From Escherichia phage I29: 64,000 nucleotides of DNA. The stretch lies in sequence record ON286975. One strand, written 5' to 3'. The translations under genes and the position numbers were made by a program. Under the pieces are notes generated by a model. The model was not told where the DNA came from. It searched no databases and was given only the letters and a program-made list of their open reading frames with translations. Shown piece by piece: positions 19,672 to 29,051 of this stretch. How positions within the stretch are numbered: the stretch's first letter is position 1; each line of letters starts with the position of its first letter.

Positions 19672-20292
19672 TTAAAAACTGCGTTTGCGTCTTGGGTGGC
19701 GGGGAGGTTGGTTATTTAGACCACTGATAGGTGTAATACCCTGGACATCGAACGGCCCGTTGCTGTTTTCATTAAATTTAACCCGAATTCCTTCATCTAC
19801 ACGAACACCACCAATGATAATCATTCTGCTGTAAGCATCTAGCTCAGAATCTACATAGTCTGGGTGTGCCAGCAGCCAATCAAGGAAATCTTTCCATTGG
19901 GCGTAGGAAGATCCACCACGAATCTCTATGGTCTCATCACCTATTTTTTCCAGACGGGAAGTTATACTTGCATTACCGCTGGACACTTCCTGCATCATCA
20001 GCCACCGCACAAGCTGCACAAGCACATTGTACTTAAGCAGGGGCAGCTTATCAGGATCTGCCGGATAATTTAGTTTCAACTTCTCCATGTCAAGGAATGT
20101 TTTAATTACCTCATCAGGGAGGGTTTCCTCATCAACATTGCCAAGCAACAACCTCATAATATTAATAAGAGGTTGGTCTGGATCAGGTTCCGGAGGTACA
20201 GGATCTTCTTTTGGTGGTTCTTCTGGGGTATCGACTACACCATCATGGTTAGGCGGGGACGGGATAATCTCTTCATCTTCATACCATGCCAT
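19672..20292 (-). CDS. hypothetical head-tail protein
   Basis: ORF track 19672..20349 begins with TTG; ATG at 20292 (MAWYEDEE...) has a GAGG RBS and avoids overlap. Confidence 0.4.
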   Translation of the reverse strand: MAWYEDEEIIPSPPNHDGVVDTPEEPPKEDPVPPEPDPDQPLINIMRLLLGNVDEETLPDEVIKTFLDMEKLKLNYPADPDKLPLLKYNVLVQLVRWLMMQEVSSGNASITSRLEKIGDETIEIRGGSSYAQWKDFLDWLLAHPDYVDSELDAYSRMIIIGGVRVDEGIRVKFNENSNGPFDVQGITPISGLNNQPPRHPRRKRSF

Positions 20293-20351
20293 TTGAAAAT
20301 ACCTCGTAAAAATAAAGCCCCATTCCTGATTTGGAAGGGGCCTTAACAAAA

Positions 20352-21197
20352 TTATGCCAGTGCAGCCTCAAAATCTTTCATCATATTTTGGAAAGTTTTT
20401 GCCTTACTTAAGGTAACACCGTGCTCTTTGGCGAAGGTTTGGAGTGCATCTTTTGAACCACTTTTGTCATCTTCGTTGTTAAGAGCTGCGGCCTGCTGCA
20501 GTATGGCATCAATATCACTGCGAGAAGATCTTGATTCTTGTGCCTGTTCAGGATCCTGCTCAGTACCTCCCGGTGCAGCCGGATCTGGGGATTCTTCACC
20601 GTCACCACCAGGTTCAGTAGGACCTACAGGCAGCTCCGGTTCTGGTTCAGGCGGTGGAGCTATCGTAGAAACCAGTCCAAGATTTACAACCTGAGAACGT
20701 TTCTTAGGCCACTCAATGGTGAAAGTTTGGGTATCTTCTTCATAAACAATGTTGCATTGCTCATCGTTTATGGTCACTTTTTTAGGCATCCCTACAGGGT
20801 CCCATAGATGGCCCTCTGCCACGGAAACTTGGAAAGCAGCATCTACCTCTTTAAACACTGACGGGGTGAGGGTGATATTGACATCCCCGCTTTGCAGTGT
20901 TAAAGTGCTTTCATCAAGGTTCTCTGTGAAGAACAGAAGAATAACACCCATACGGATAGTTGAAATACCAGTATCAATTGGCAGGCCTGTATGTTTTGCA
21001 ATCTTCTCGAAGAAGTCTACAATCGTTCTACATGGATAGTGAACACTGCCAATAACGAATTCTGTTGGTGGCAGCAGAGCTGATAAACCAACATTGATTT
21101 CTTGATTGTATTGTGCTAAAAATTGATAAAAACTTAATTGATTGTTGAAAACTCTTAATAGAGGATCATACTCAACTGGATATACAGCTCTCTTCAC
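20352..21197 (-). CDS. hypothetical head protein with Pro/Glu-rich linker
   Basis: 281-aa ORF, GTG start with AGGAG RBS; internal PPPEPEPELPVGPTEPGG low-complexity linker. Confidence 0.4.
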   Translation of the reverse strand: MKRAVYPVEYDPLLRVFNNQLSFYQFLAQYNQEINVGLSALLPPTEFVIGSVHYPCRTIVDFFEKIAKHTGLPIDTGISTIRMGVILLFFTENLDESTLTLQSGDVNITLTPSVFKEVDAAFQVSVAEGHLWDPVGMPKKVTINDEQCNIVYEEDTQTFTIEWPKKRSQVVNLGLVSTIAPPPEPEPELPVGPTEPGGDGEESPDPAAPGGTEQDPEQAQESRSSRSDIDAILQQAAALNNEDDKSGSKDALQTFAKEHGVTLSKAKTFQNMMKDFEAALA

Positions 21198-21223
21198 GGG
21201 ACACTCCTGTTAAACCCTAATAA

Positions 21224-21254
21224 ATAAAAAGGGGAGGGGAGAACCCCCTCCCCA
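21224..21254 (-). terminator. intrinsic terminator immediately after major capsid gene
   Basis: Minus-strand GGGGAGGGGG-TTCT-CCCCTCCCC followed by TTTTTATTT. Confidence 0.7.
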
Positions 21255-21277
21255 TATGGGATGAATCACCTTAGTGA

Positions 21278-22288
21278 TTAGCCACCGTTTTTCAGAGTTA
21301 CTTTAACAACCAGCTCTGGGCGGGTGTTAACTGCCAGCATAGAAGTTTCAGATTCAATCTTCTCTTCACGCAGGTATGCAGAGTGTTTATACCACATATA
21401 CAGTTCCTGTGCTGGGGTATTTGCTTCGTTAACATCGTCTGCCGGAGCAAAGTGCAGCTGGAACATCTGATCAATACCCATCGGCAGAATGCGAGCTTCT
21501 TTCTTAGGAATATTGCCAGAGATATCTTCGATAAAGGTGATACCTTTATGCTCAAACACACGGTATACGCTGTCTTGACCGCCAGCACCCAGACGGCGAC
21601 GCAGAGGTTCCTGAGCAGAGCCGTAATAGGTGTATGCCAGTTCTACCAGCGGGTGATGGGTAATAGCACTGAAGAACTCTGGTGAGCACAGGGCTACAAT
21701 ACGATAGCCAGCTGCATTATCACCAGCTTGCAGTGCGATGTGCAGACGAGCTTCTTCCAGAACCTCCATAGGATCCTGATCTGCTTTTGCAGGGTCAATT
21801 TCAACAGATTTCTGAGACACACCCCACAGAGTGTAGTAATCATACTGACAGGTGGTGTCACCAGGTGCATAGGATTTACCCAGAATAGCCTGGAACAGCG
21901 CTTTCTCACGCAGTGCTTCATGAGAAACACGGATACGGCGAACAACGCGGGTTACTACGTCCTGAACAGTTTTCGGAGCATCAGGAGTGAAGTAACGACG
22001 GAAGTTCTGAACATCTGCGGCAGTGATGCCTTTGTCCAGAGGGAAGAACGGGATGTTCAGGTTTTTAACCTGAGCACGTTCACTACCAACGTAGTTACGC
22101 TCACCACCACGACGGCGTGCCGGAATGTCGGTTACAACTTCATCAACACGTTCGATCTGAGCAATTGTTGAGGTGCCGAGACGAGTTTCGAACAGATCCA
22201 TACCAGTAATCAGGCGGAATTGACGCGGAACAAGGTCCAGAGTAGCACCTAAATCAACAATGCCAAATTCATCTTTACGAGTAATCAT
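21278..22288 (-). CDS. major capsid protein
   Basis: 336-aa ORF downstream of scaffold and decoration-like genes and followed by a strong terminator; size and position typical for a major capsid protein. Confidence 0.6.
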   Translation of the reverse strand: MITRKDEFGIVDLGATLDLVPRQFRLITGMDLFETRLGTSTIAQIERVDEVVTDIPARRRGGERNYVGSERAQVKNLNIPFFPLDKGITAADVQNFRRYFTPDAPKTVQDVVTRVVRRIRVSHEALREKALFQAILGKSYAPGDTTCQYDYYTLWGVSQKSVEIDPAKADQDPMEVLEEARLHIALQAGDNAAGYRIVALCSPEFFSAITHHPLVELAYTYYGSAQEPLRRRLGAGGQDSVYRVFEHKGITFIEDISGNIPKKEARILPMGIDQMFQLHFAPADDVNEANTPAQELYMWYKHSAYLREEKIESETSMLAVNTRPELVVKVTLKNGG

Positions 22289-22336
22289 TTATTTCTCCAA
22301 AATAAAACTTAAATATTTTCCCGAACAATTTAGGGC

Positions 22337-22726
22337 TTACTCTTCACCAAGAGTCTGGACCTGAACCTTGTTGCCCAGAGCCTCAAGCTTGTCTAACACA
22401 GCCTGTTCTGCTTTAGCGCCACCAGTTGCCAGCAATTTATCCTTGGCAAAAGTAACACCACGCACAGCAACAACCAGTTTATATTTCTTTGTGCCAAGAG
22501 GTTCAGCGATATGTACTTTACCAGCAGAGTCTGGAATTAAAGCACGATCCACCAGAACGCCGTAGGCGTCTGAACCGTCCTGATTAGCAATGCTGCCATC
22601 TTTGGTCACAACCGTGCCAGCATGATGGTGCTCTGTCAGTGTAATTTCCATCTCTTTAAAATTGTAGCCAGCATCGCTAGAATCAACTTTGCCGAGCACG
22701 ATATCAGAATATTGAGCGGTAATCAT
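22337..22726 (-). CDS. head decoration-like protein (hypothetical)
   Basis: 129-aa ORF between scaffold and capsid genes. Confidence 0.35.
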   Translation of the reverse strand: MITAQYSDIVLGKVDSSDAGYNFKEMEITLTEHHHAGTVVTKDGSIANQDGSDAYGVLVDRALIPDSAGKVHIAEPLGTKKYKLVVAVRGVTFAKDKLLATGGAKAEQAVLDKLEALGNKVQVQTLGEE

Positions 22727-22746
22727 TTATTTCCCCCGTTAATGTC

Positions 22747-23724
22747 TTATTTGTTAGATTCTGCACGTGCACGAGCAAGTGCTTTTGCAACGTTTTCAGC
22801 AAGAATTTCTTCTGCGGATTTTGCAATATCATCCACAACAGGTTCGCCATCATTACCATGTTCAGTGGTGGCAAACTCTTCTTTGGTTTTATGAACCTCT
22901 GCTTCCAGCTCTTCAATTTTTGCTTGAGCTTTCTCCAGCATAGCTACGATAGGTTCGTTAGCTTTTTCCAGCATGAAGTCAACCAGGGTTGCGTGATCTT
23001 CTTCACCAACAAAGCTTAAAGCTTGAGCCTTAGTCAGCATTTTAGCTTTTTCAACTTCAACCTGGGCCTTGATAATTTCTTCAGCTTTACTCTGGGTTGC
23101 TTTCAGCTCTTCTACTTGCTTCAGCAGATCCAGATACTCTTTAGTTTTGGTTACGTCCACCGGATTCTCCTCGGTATTTGCGGATTTTGCAACATCATCC
23201 ACCTCGGTAGTTTTATCCACCTCAGCAGGTTCCTGTACCGCCTTGATCAGGTTCCCTTCTTTATCGAAGAGATCAGCGGTTACTTGTTCAAAAATCTGTT
23301 GTGTTTTTAACAGACTGTACTGATCTACCACACTAAGCTGCTTGCCTTCTTTTGCAGCTTTATGAATGGTCACGTTATCACAACGCTCTTCCAGCCATGC
23401 AATACAAGACTCTGCGTCAGCTTGCGCCCATTCCCAATCGGGGTGCTCTTTAGCCCAAGCCTCTTCTTCAATCTCAAAACCAAGCATGTGTGCAAGTGCT
23501 TTAGCATCATCATACCACATATCGAAGAAACGACGCAGGTATTCTTCAAAACTAAGCTCCACAGTAACTTGGCGAAGTGCCTTAACAATATCGTCTGTTA
23601 ACTGCTCCGGCTTAAGATCACTCTTCATCAAAAGAGATACAGGTCTGTTGTTAGCGCTATAGCCTTGCGCCTTATGGCACAGGGCGATCCCCTTCTCTTT
23701 AATAGTAATCGTTTTTTCAGACAT
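22747..23724 (-). CDS. scaffolding protein
   Basis: 325 aa, acidic, Ala/Glu/Lys-rich with coiled-coil character; located between portal region and capsid gene. Confidence 0.55.
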   Translation of the reverse strand: MSEKTITIKEKGIALCHKAQGYSANNRPVSLLMKSDLKPEQLTDDIVKALRQVTVELSFEEYLRRFFDMWYDDAKALAHMLGFEIEEEAWAKEHPDWEWAQADAESCIAWLEERCDNVTIHKAAKEGKQLSVVDQYSLLKTQQIFEQVTADLFDKEGNLIKAVQEPAEVDKTTEVDDVAKSANTEENPVDVTKTKEYLDLLKQVEELKATQSKAEEIIKAQVEVEKAKMLTKAQALSFVGEEDHATLVDFMLEKANEPIVAMLEKAQAKIEELEAEVHKTKEEFATTEHGNDGEPVVDDIAKSAEEILAENVAKALARARAESNK

Positions 23725-24155
23725 TATTCATTGCCCTCTTCTACAACACTGATCCCGAAGTTTACGTTGGTAATTTCACCAGTTTCTTCATCAACATTAC
23801 CTGTTGCCTGAATGCTTAGGCCACCGACAATGCCAGCCTTCTTAGCTTCCCATAGTTCAGGATTATTGTATTTAACTTTAGCAACCCAAGAGCCAGCCTT
23901 GATGACCTGCTCAGTGCCAATTACTACAACATCAAACTCTTCTTGAATCCACGTCTTTTCAATAGTGAAAGCATCTGTAGAGGTCAAGTGGAAAAGGTTT
24001 TCAGAAACTAGGCCTGCAGCGTATGCTGCGTCCCAGTTATCTTTAGCCTTTTTGATGGTGTCTTTACTCATCCACTCACCGTGAGCATCTTTAGTGTCAG
24101 GCTCGTAGATGATTTCGTAGGAAATCATTTCTTCCTGTGGCATCTTATTCCCCAT
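23724..24155 (-). CDS. hypothetical head morphogenesis protein (start uncertain)
   Basis: ORF track 23724..24299 overlaps the portal 3' end by 89 nt; internal ATGs at 24155/24143/24128 are more plausible starts. Confidence 0.35.
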   Translation of the reverse strand: MGNKMPQEEMISYEIIYEPDTKDAHGEWMSKDTIKKAKDNWDAAYAAGLVSENLFHLTSTDAFTIEKTWIQEEFDVVVIGTEQVIKAGSWVAKVKYNNPELWEAKKAGIVGGLSIQATGNVDEETGEITNVNFGISVVEEGNE

Positions 24156-24210
24156 GTGGATTATTTTATCACGCCAAAGGAGGTTTTGCAACCCCCTGTG
24201 TTGATAATTT

Positions 24211-25767
24211 TTAATTTTCCATGTTGGATATGGAATTATCTCTGGTTGATGATATCTTAGAAGTGCCGTTGCCAGTGGATCCTGCAGCCATTCCATCACC
24301 AGCTCTACTGATGTCCTGGCCCAAGAGCTTCATCAGCTCTTCCTGATCCATGTCCTCGTCAAATCTTTCATCAAACCCGCCTACTTCAAGAATCTTATTA
24401 ATTACTGCAGGAGTTTTTGGCAAGTAACCTACAGCACCGATCCTCTGGACAAACTTGGAGAAGCTCTCCATATCCACTTCTTCAATCAGACCAGGTTTCA
24501 GTTTAGGCATATCATCATCTTCAAGGATGATACCATTCAATGCCAGAAGCTGTGGAATAAGATCCTTATTGAAGGCTTCAGTGATAATATCTATATCACG
24601 CTGAACAAAATGACCATGGATAGACTGTTTTGACTCAGACAGAGAGAAGGATCCAACGTTATCGTTACCGAGGTTAATAAAGCCAGCACCGAAACGGTCA
24701 AGAATCGCCTTCTTACGGGCATCAATCAAATCTTTAGTGGAATACTGCTTACCCATACCGTCAACCCCCTTCAGGGTCATGGAGTAAAGCTCTTTACCAG
24801 ACTTATCTCTATCAGACGGAAGTATAAAGAAACTTTGCTCACCACTATGGGCGTTTGCTGCGTCAAGCATAAGGTCTGCAACCATTCTCCCTTCCATTGA
24901 ATTCGGGTCAATGCTGGCCTTGTTCAAAATATTGGAAGGAATTTTCAGCTCAAGCACACCACCAAGGTCTTTGGAACAGCCAACAACCTCAAGGTTTTCA
25001 ATCAGAACTTTCTCACGGAAAGATCTGTAGCAACCTATCATAGGTGACACACCTGCAGGGTTAGATTCTGTTCCTGACAGGGTCATGAGCATAAGCTTTT
25101 TAGCAGGGATGAAAATTTCAGGCTCATTAAAGCCTTTTGAAGGCATTGCAGCAAGAGGTCCAGCCCAGCGTGCATTCTGAGTGTTTAGAAATGCATTAGG
25201 TGACTGATAAATACCTGTCAGTGTTCTGCTATTCTTATCAAAAACAAACGGCTCTGATCTGGACAGGCTGGCCTGAGGCCGGAATGCAATTTTATCGATA
25301 AGAAGCATCCCGGCATATTTACCTTCTTTCTCTCTGCGGTATACTTTCTCAAACAGTGAAAAACCATACTCGTTAAAGGTAGCTGCGCTTCTTGCAATAT
25401 CTCGAAGAGTTTGTTGGTTTGCCAAATTACGCAAAGAATACTCTATAAGCTCGGCAGCTTTCTTAGAGTCTTCACTTTTAACATTATAAAGGATCTTAAA
25501 ATCATTGAATGCTTTCGTGATGAAAACATATTTTGTATCTAAGGCAGTAGCAACTGTGGAATCACATTTCATAGTCTCCACTGTGGCAATCAGCTGAGGC
25601 CAACGCAATTCCTCAACCATCATAGATTGCGATTCTGCCATAATTTGGGAAAGTGCGCCAGAACCGATCTCACTCATACGAACATTATGAGTTGGTGCGC
25701 CTGCGTTCCCAGATTTATTCACAGTTTTGGCTGTGGCGTTGTGTTTCCTGCGGTTCTTTTTGGACAC
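24211..25767 (-). CDS. portal protein
   Basis: 518-aa ORF immediately downstream of large terminase; size and acidic C-terminus typical of portals. Confidence 0.7.
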   Translation of the reverse strand: MSKKNRRKHNATAKTVNKSGNAGAPTHNVRMSEIGSGALSQIMAESQSMMVEELRWPQLIATVETMKCDSTVATALDTKYVFITKAFNDFKILYNVKSEDSKKAAELIEYSLRNLANQQTLRDIARSAATFNEYGFSLFEKVYRREKEGKYAGMLLIDKIAFRPQASLSRSEPFVFDKNSRTLTGIYQSPNAFLNTQNARWAGPLAAMPSKGFNEPEIFIPAKKLMLMTLSGTESNPAGVSPMIGCYRSFREKVLIENLEVVGCSKDLGGVLELKIPSNILNKASIDPNSMEGRMVADLMLDAANAHSGEQSFFILPSDRDKSGKELYSMTLKGVDGMGKQYSTKDLIDARKKAILDRFGAGFINLGNDNVGSFSLSESKQSIHGHFVQRDIDIITEAFNKDLIPQLLALNGIILEDDDMPKLKPGLIEEVDMESFSKFVQRIGAVGYLPKTPAVINKILEVGGFDERFDEDMDQEELMKLLGQDISRAGDGMAAGSTGNGTSKISSTRDNSISNMEN

Positions 25768-25782
25768 AAGCTTTACCCCTCA

Positions 25783-25817
25783 AAACAGTATAACAAAATA
25801 GCCCTCGTCAGAGGGCT
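25783..25817 (-). terminator. hairpin with T-rich tail after terminase gene (weak terminator or attenuator)
   Basis: AGCCCTC-loop-GAGGGCT 7-bp stem; minus-strand downstream sequence ATTTTGTTATACTGTTTT. Confidence 0.4.
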
Positions 25818-25867
25818 AGTATCTCCAATTACTTTATTGTACCACATCTAATTAAGATTGGCAACAC

Positions 25868-27415
25868 TTAGATAAAACGCTTGAACATAGAAGGTGATGA
25901 GATTGATGGAATCACACAAGGAAGTGCTACCTCCTCTTTCTCTAGGAAATTAATCGCAGAAGCTACACAGTCGGCCCAGTCGTCTTTTCTGTTAAATGTT
26001 GATCTTTCCCCGTTGAATTTTTCAAGTTCAGTCAGAAATGCTTCCAGAGTATCAGGATGGAAACTGGATTTTACAATCCTCACCATTCCTTGTTGGGCAA
26101 GATTGGCAAAAGGTGAGAACCTTGTCAGTTTAGACTTGTTGGAAGGCATTGGGTCTTCTTCAACCCTGAACCCTTCGGCAAGCAAGGATCTGGAGGAGGT
26201 TAAGAACTCACTCTTACCTGCCTGCCCTGGGTCCACAGAGAAGACGATTATGCAATCATCACCATCGAACTGCGCCTGTTTCCTGATGATCACATCTCGT
26301 TCACCAGCCTTTTTACAGAACTTGCCTTCCAGACCTGTGGAATACCTCCCGTCATCCACGTTCTCAGGACAATAATCACCGGACAGGTAATAAAAGCCGT
26401 CGCTATCTTTACTTACCTTAATACTGGCAGTAAAGTCAGGAAATTTATTACCGGAAGTTCTCTCGGTTCCTGCCTTATCCCATGCCCTGCAAGATACTGA
26501 CCCAAGAGGTACTCTATCGGCATCACGAAGGAAAGATCTTTGAAAATAGTTTGCACCCTCAGGCTTTGCAAACCAGTTACCATGGAGAAGCTGAGCTTTT
26601 TCCAGCTCTGGTAGACCTTCGAGGAAAGCAAGGTATTCTGGGTTGTCTCTCAAACAGACAGGATTATCGAATATTGTTGCGCCTATGAACGAGAATGACA
26701 ACGGTCTTGGCTTGATCTCTACGCCAAGTCCGTTAACCGTGGTGTATTTCTCTATCAACTCTTCTTTAGAGTCTCCCCAGATAAATTCACCGTCGCGTCG
26801 GATAAAATATCTTTTCTTACCGCATTTCTCCGGATCTGGATACCCTTCATCGTCCAACCACCATCTAACCAGTTTGGCAAGCATGTGTTCTGAATCGGGG
26901 TTACAGCTGATAACCATTCTTGATGGATACTTTGACTGAGATCGCAGACGAGACATCAGATAGTCTATCTGCTCCCATTCGAACTGCGTGCCCTCATCGA
27001 AGCAAACCATGGTGTACTCAAGCCCCTGATGGTTAAGCTTATCTTGTACATACTCCATATGGCAGTATTTTACAACAGCTCCCTTTTTGCTTCTATCCCA
27101 CTTACCAGTGTTCGGATCAAACCGTGGAAAAATGAACTTATGATCCTTCTCTCTGAACTTTGGCTTAATGTTTTCAGGCAGATCACTGTAAATAGCTACT
27201 GCTTTAGGCCATAGTCCACCCTCACCTTCCAACTGTGGGGTTGTTCTTCGGAACATAACCACAGAGCTGTGGGGGTCATCAATAATTTTAAGTGGCATCA
27301 ACTGCAAGAGGAACGACTTGCCAGACCCTGCGGCACCGCCGATTACCAAAATATCTGCATCGTTTTCTAGGATCATCTTCTGCTTTTCAGAACACGGTCC
27401 GTAAATCTTAGACAT
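25868..27415 (-). CDS. terminase large subunit
   Basis: 515 aa; Walker A GGAAGSGKS near N-terminus, Walker B-like VCFDEG, nuclease-type C-terminal half. Confidence 0.85.
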   Translation of the reverse strand: MSKIYGPCSEKQKMILENDADILVIGGAAGSGKSFLLQLMPLKIIDDPHSSVVMFRRTTPQLEGEGGLWPKAVAIYSDLPENIKPKFREKDHKFIFPRFDPNTGKWDRSKKGAVVKYCHMEYVQDKLNHQGLEYTMVCFDEGTQFEWEQIDYLMSRLRSQSKYPSRMVISCNPDSEHMLAKLVRWWLDDEGYPDPEKCGKKRYFIRRDGEFIWGDSKEELIEKYTTVNGLGVEIKPRPLSFSFIGATIFDNPVCLRDNPEYLAFLEGLPELEKAQLLHGNWFAKPEGANYFQRSFLRDADRVPLGSVSCRAWDKAGTERTSGNKFPDFTASIKVSKDSDGFYYLSGDYCPENVDDGRYSTGLEGKFCKKAGERDVIIRKQAQFDGDDCIIVFSVDPGQAGKSEFLTSSRSLLAEGFRVEEDPMPSNKSKLTRFSPFANLAQQGMVRIVKSSFHPDTLEAFLTELEKFNGERSTFNRKDDWADCVASAINFLEKEEVALPCVIPSISSPSMFKRFI

Positions 27416-27702
27416 TAACCTCTCTCCTTTGGAAACAGTGTTCTAATATAGTCTTGCAAAATGATCAATTTAGCTCTATCATTGCTACAAGACAGATTAT
27501 TATCCCTCATAATGCCAGAATTCACTGCATCTGGCGCACCTTTCTTCAAAGGCATAGCTTTAGCAGGTGGTTTCATGGCACCTTCCGGGGGTTTAACAAT
27601 CAACCTTCCTACATCCGGAGGGTCAATCTTGTATTCTCTCTCAACGCTGGTTGCACACCCACATAATAACAAGCACACAATAAACAGTGTAGCAACTCTC
27701 AT
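27415..27702 (-). CDS. o-spanin-like outer membrane lipoprotein (Rz1-like)
   Basis: 95 aa; signal peptide with Cys-containing lipobox-like LLLCGCATS; Pro-rich mature region; ends ...ERG as lambda Rz1 does; overlaps upstream i-spanin-like gene by 4 nt. Confidence 0.6.
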   Translation of the reverse strand: MRVATLFIVCLLLCGCATSVEREYKIDPPDVGRLIVKPPEGAMKPPAKAMPLKKGAPDAVNSGIMRDNNLSCSNDRAKLIILQDYIRTLFPKERG

Positions 27703-28097
27703 CTACCCTCCTGATTAATACTCTCATTATAAATATCTATAAGCTGATCAGGGAGTGTTGACTTCTTACCCTCAGGTGACTGGAGGTAAATAATCTGCTT
27801 TTCTTTACCTGCCTTCTCAGCCATATTTAATTTATCCTGTAGATCAGAAAGGGATTTTTCAAGGTTTTTAACCTCCTCTGCGTGGCCCATTTTAATTTTG
27901 TCGGCCTGCTTTTGTTGCTGATCAAGGATCCGTTCCCACTTTAACTCTGTTGCTGACACACCTTCTTGGTAGGCATCATTAAGCTTAGAGTTAAACCAAT
28001 ACACGGCCCCAAGATAAGCTGTACCTATCGCAGCTGCAAAAACTAAACCTTTTATGATCCATCTATACCTGCTCAGCCATGTTAAAACTGAAATCAT
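27699..28097 (-). CDS. i-spanin-like protein (Rz-like)
   Basis: 132 aa; N-terminal transmembrane segment (WIIKGLVFAAAIGTAYLGAVYWF) followed by charged coiled-coil-like region. Confidence 0.55.
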   Translation of the reverse strand: MISVLTWLSRYRWIIKGLVFAAAIGTAYLGAVYWFNSKLNDAYQEGVSATELKWERILDQQQKQADKIKMGHAEEVKNLEKSLSDLQDKLNMAEKAGKEKQIIYLQSPEGKKSTLPDQLIDIYNESINQEGR

Positions 28098-28113
28098 TTT
28101 AAGGCTCCAGAAA

Positions 28114-28148
28114 CGAAAAAACCCCGCAGCTATACAGCTAACGGGGCG
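28114..28148 (-). terminator. hairpin plus T-tract (terminator) upstream of spanin genes
   Basis: Minus-strand CCCCG...CGGGG stem enclosing AGCTGTATAGCT, followed by TTTTTTCGTTTCT. Confidence 0.45.
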
Positions 28149-28202
28149 GGTTAAAATTGAGTAACCTAAATAGATCGAAACTAACTAAAAGGAGACTAAT
28201 AC

Positions 28203-28472
28203 TTATCGAGGCACTCGGTGGATGATTCTAACAGTAACTGCATTTTCATTCATCAAGTATGCATCTACATCTCTGTAAATATAAAACTTCTGCTCACTAT
28301 CAACAACACAAGCTACCGCCCCTTCAGAGTTGTCTTCAAAAAAGACCACCACTGCATCGCAGCTGAGTTCATGATATGACTCTCGAAGATTTACAGCCAG
28401 AGGATTGAAATCGTCACGAAAATCTACGGTATGGGTTGGATTTACACGCTCTACAATTTTAAGTGTATACAT
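28203..28472 (-). CDS. hypothetical protein
   Basis: ORF track 28203..28562 would overlap tRNA-Pro; internal ATG at 28472 (MYTLKIVERV...) has an AAGGAAC RBS. Confidence 0.4.
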   Translation of the reverse strand: MYTLKIVERVNPTHTVDFRDDFNPLAVNLRESYHELSCDAVVVFFEDNSEGAVACVVDSEQKFYIYRDVDAYLMNENAVTVRIIHRVPR

Positions 28473-28518
28473 TTTAAAGGTTCCTTTTGTTTGTATATGT
28501 TTAAAGTATAACTGAAAG

Positions 28519-28595
28519 TGGTCTCCACGGAGTGATTCGAACACTCGACCTCCTGATCCCAAATCAGGCGCTCTACCAAGCTGAGCTACGCGGAG
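28519..28595 (-). tRNA. tRNA-Pro (anticodon UGG)
   Basis: Hand-folded: acceptor CTCCGCG/CGTGGAG (C1-G72), anticodon stem CCTGA/TCAGG, loop TTTGGGA, T-arm GAGTG-TTCGAAT-CACTC, encoded CCA. Confidence 0.8.
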
Positions 28596-28606
28596 TATTT
28601 ATTATT

Positions 28607-28681
28607 TGGTGGCCCTGGGTGGAATTGAACCACCGTCTGGCGATTATGAGTCGCTTGCTTGAACCTTCCAGCTACAGGGCC
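28607..28681 (-). tRNA. tRNA-Met or Ile2 (anticodon CAU)
   Basis: Hand-folded: acceptor GGCCCTG/CAGGGCC, anticodon loop CTCATAA, T-arm GGTGG-TTCAATT-CCACC, encoded CCA. Confidence 0.75.
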
Positions 28682-28682
28682 A

Positions 28683-28758
28683 TGGTGCTGATGGCAGGAC
28701 TTGAACCTGCAACCTATTGATTACAAATCAATTGCACTACCAATTGTGCTACATCAGC
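28683..28758 (-). tRNA. tRNA-Thr (anticodon UGU)
   Basis: Hand-folded: acceptor GCTGATG/CATCAGC, D-stem GCAC/GTGC, anticodon stem ATTGA/TCAAT, loop TTTGTAA, T-arm GCAGG-TTCAAGT-CCTGC, CCA. Confidence 0.8.
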
Positions 28759-28763
28759 AAAAA

Positions 28764-28862
28764 GGTGCTAGGTGATGGAATCGAACCACCTATGTATTCA
28801 ACGACTACCTCGTCTATTTTCAGGATTAAAAATCCTCGCCCTTGCCAAAGGGCTTACCTAGC
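28764..28862 (-). ncRNA. atypical tRNA-like element (possible pseudo-tRNA or small stable RNA); anticodon not assignable
   Basis: 7/7 complementary acceptor ends GCTAGGT/ACCTAGC, D-arm GCCC-TTTGGCAA-GGGC and T-arm GGTGG-TTCGATT-CCATC, but the 46-nt middle has no canonical anticodon arm and contains a tight AGGATT-TTT-AATCCT hairpin; 3' end is ACC-T rather than CCA. Confidence 0.35.
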
Positions 28863-28960
28863 TCAGTATGTTGACCATGTTGCTAGTCGGCGATGACGAC
28901 TGTAACATTTGATAATCCGGTTCTGCTTCCGGCTTTCGCTTAATTACAAGGTCAACAATA

Positions 28961-29051
28961 TGGCTGAGGGTAATGGAATCGAACCATCATCAAGTCATCC
29001 TCAACGGGACGGTTTTCAAGACCGCTTGAGCACCATTGCTCCCTACCCTCA
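28961..29051 (-). tRNA. tRNA-Ser (anticodon UGA), type II with long variable arm
   Basis: Hand-folded: acceptor TGAGGGT/ACCCTCA, anticodon stem GCGGT/ACCGT, loop CTTGAAA, long variable arm, T-arm GATGG-TTCGATT-CCATT, discriminator G, CCA. Confidence 0.7.

Noticed and set aside
77-25851. Plus-strand ORFs inside the left structural region (e.g. 77..328, 1045..1773, 4576..5073, 4937..5296, 7312..7764, 10555..11037, 11883..12575, 14714..15148, 17261..17704, 21728..22171, 25881..26375)
   Set aside because: Each lies fully inside and antisense to a longer, tightly packed minus-strand gene with RBS and start/stop coupling; no RBS and no recognisable motifs, so they are shadow ORFs.
28863-28960. 98-nt spacer between the atypical tRNA-like element and tRNA-Ser considered as another tRNA
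   Set aside because: No T-loop (GTTCGA-type) or acceptor complementarity found on either strand; only a short CCGG...CCGG hairpin.
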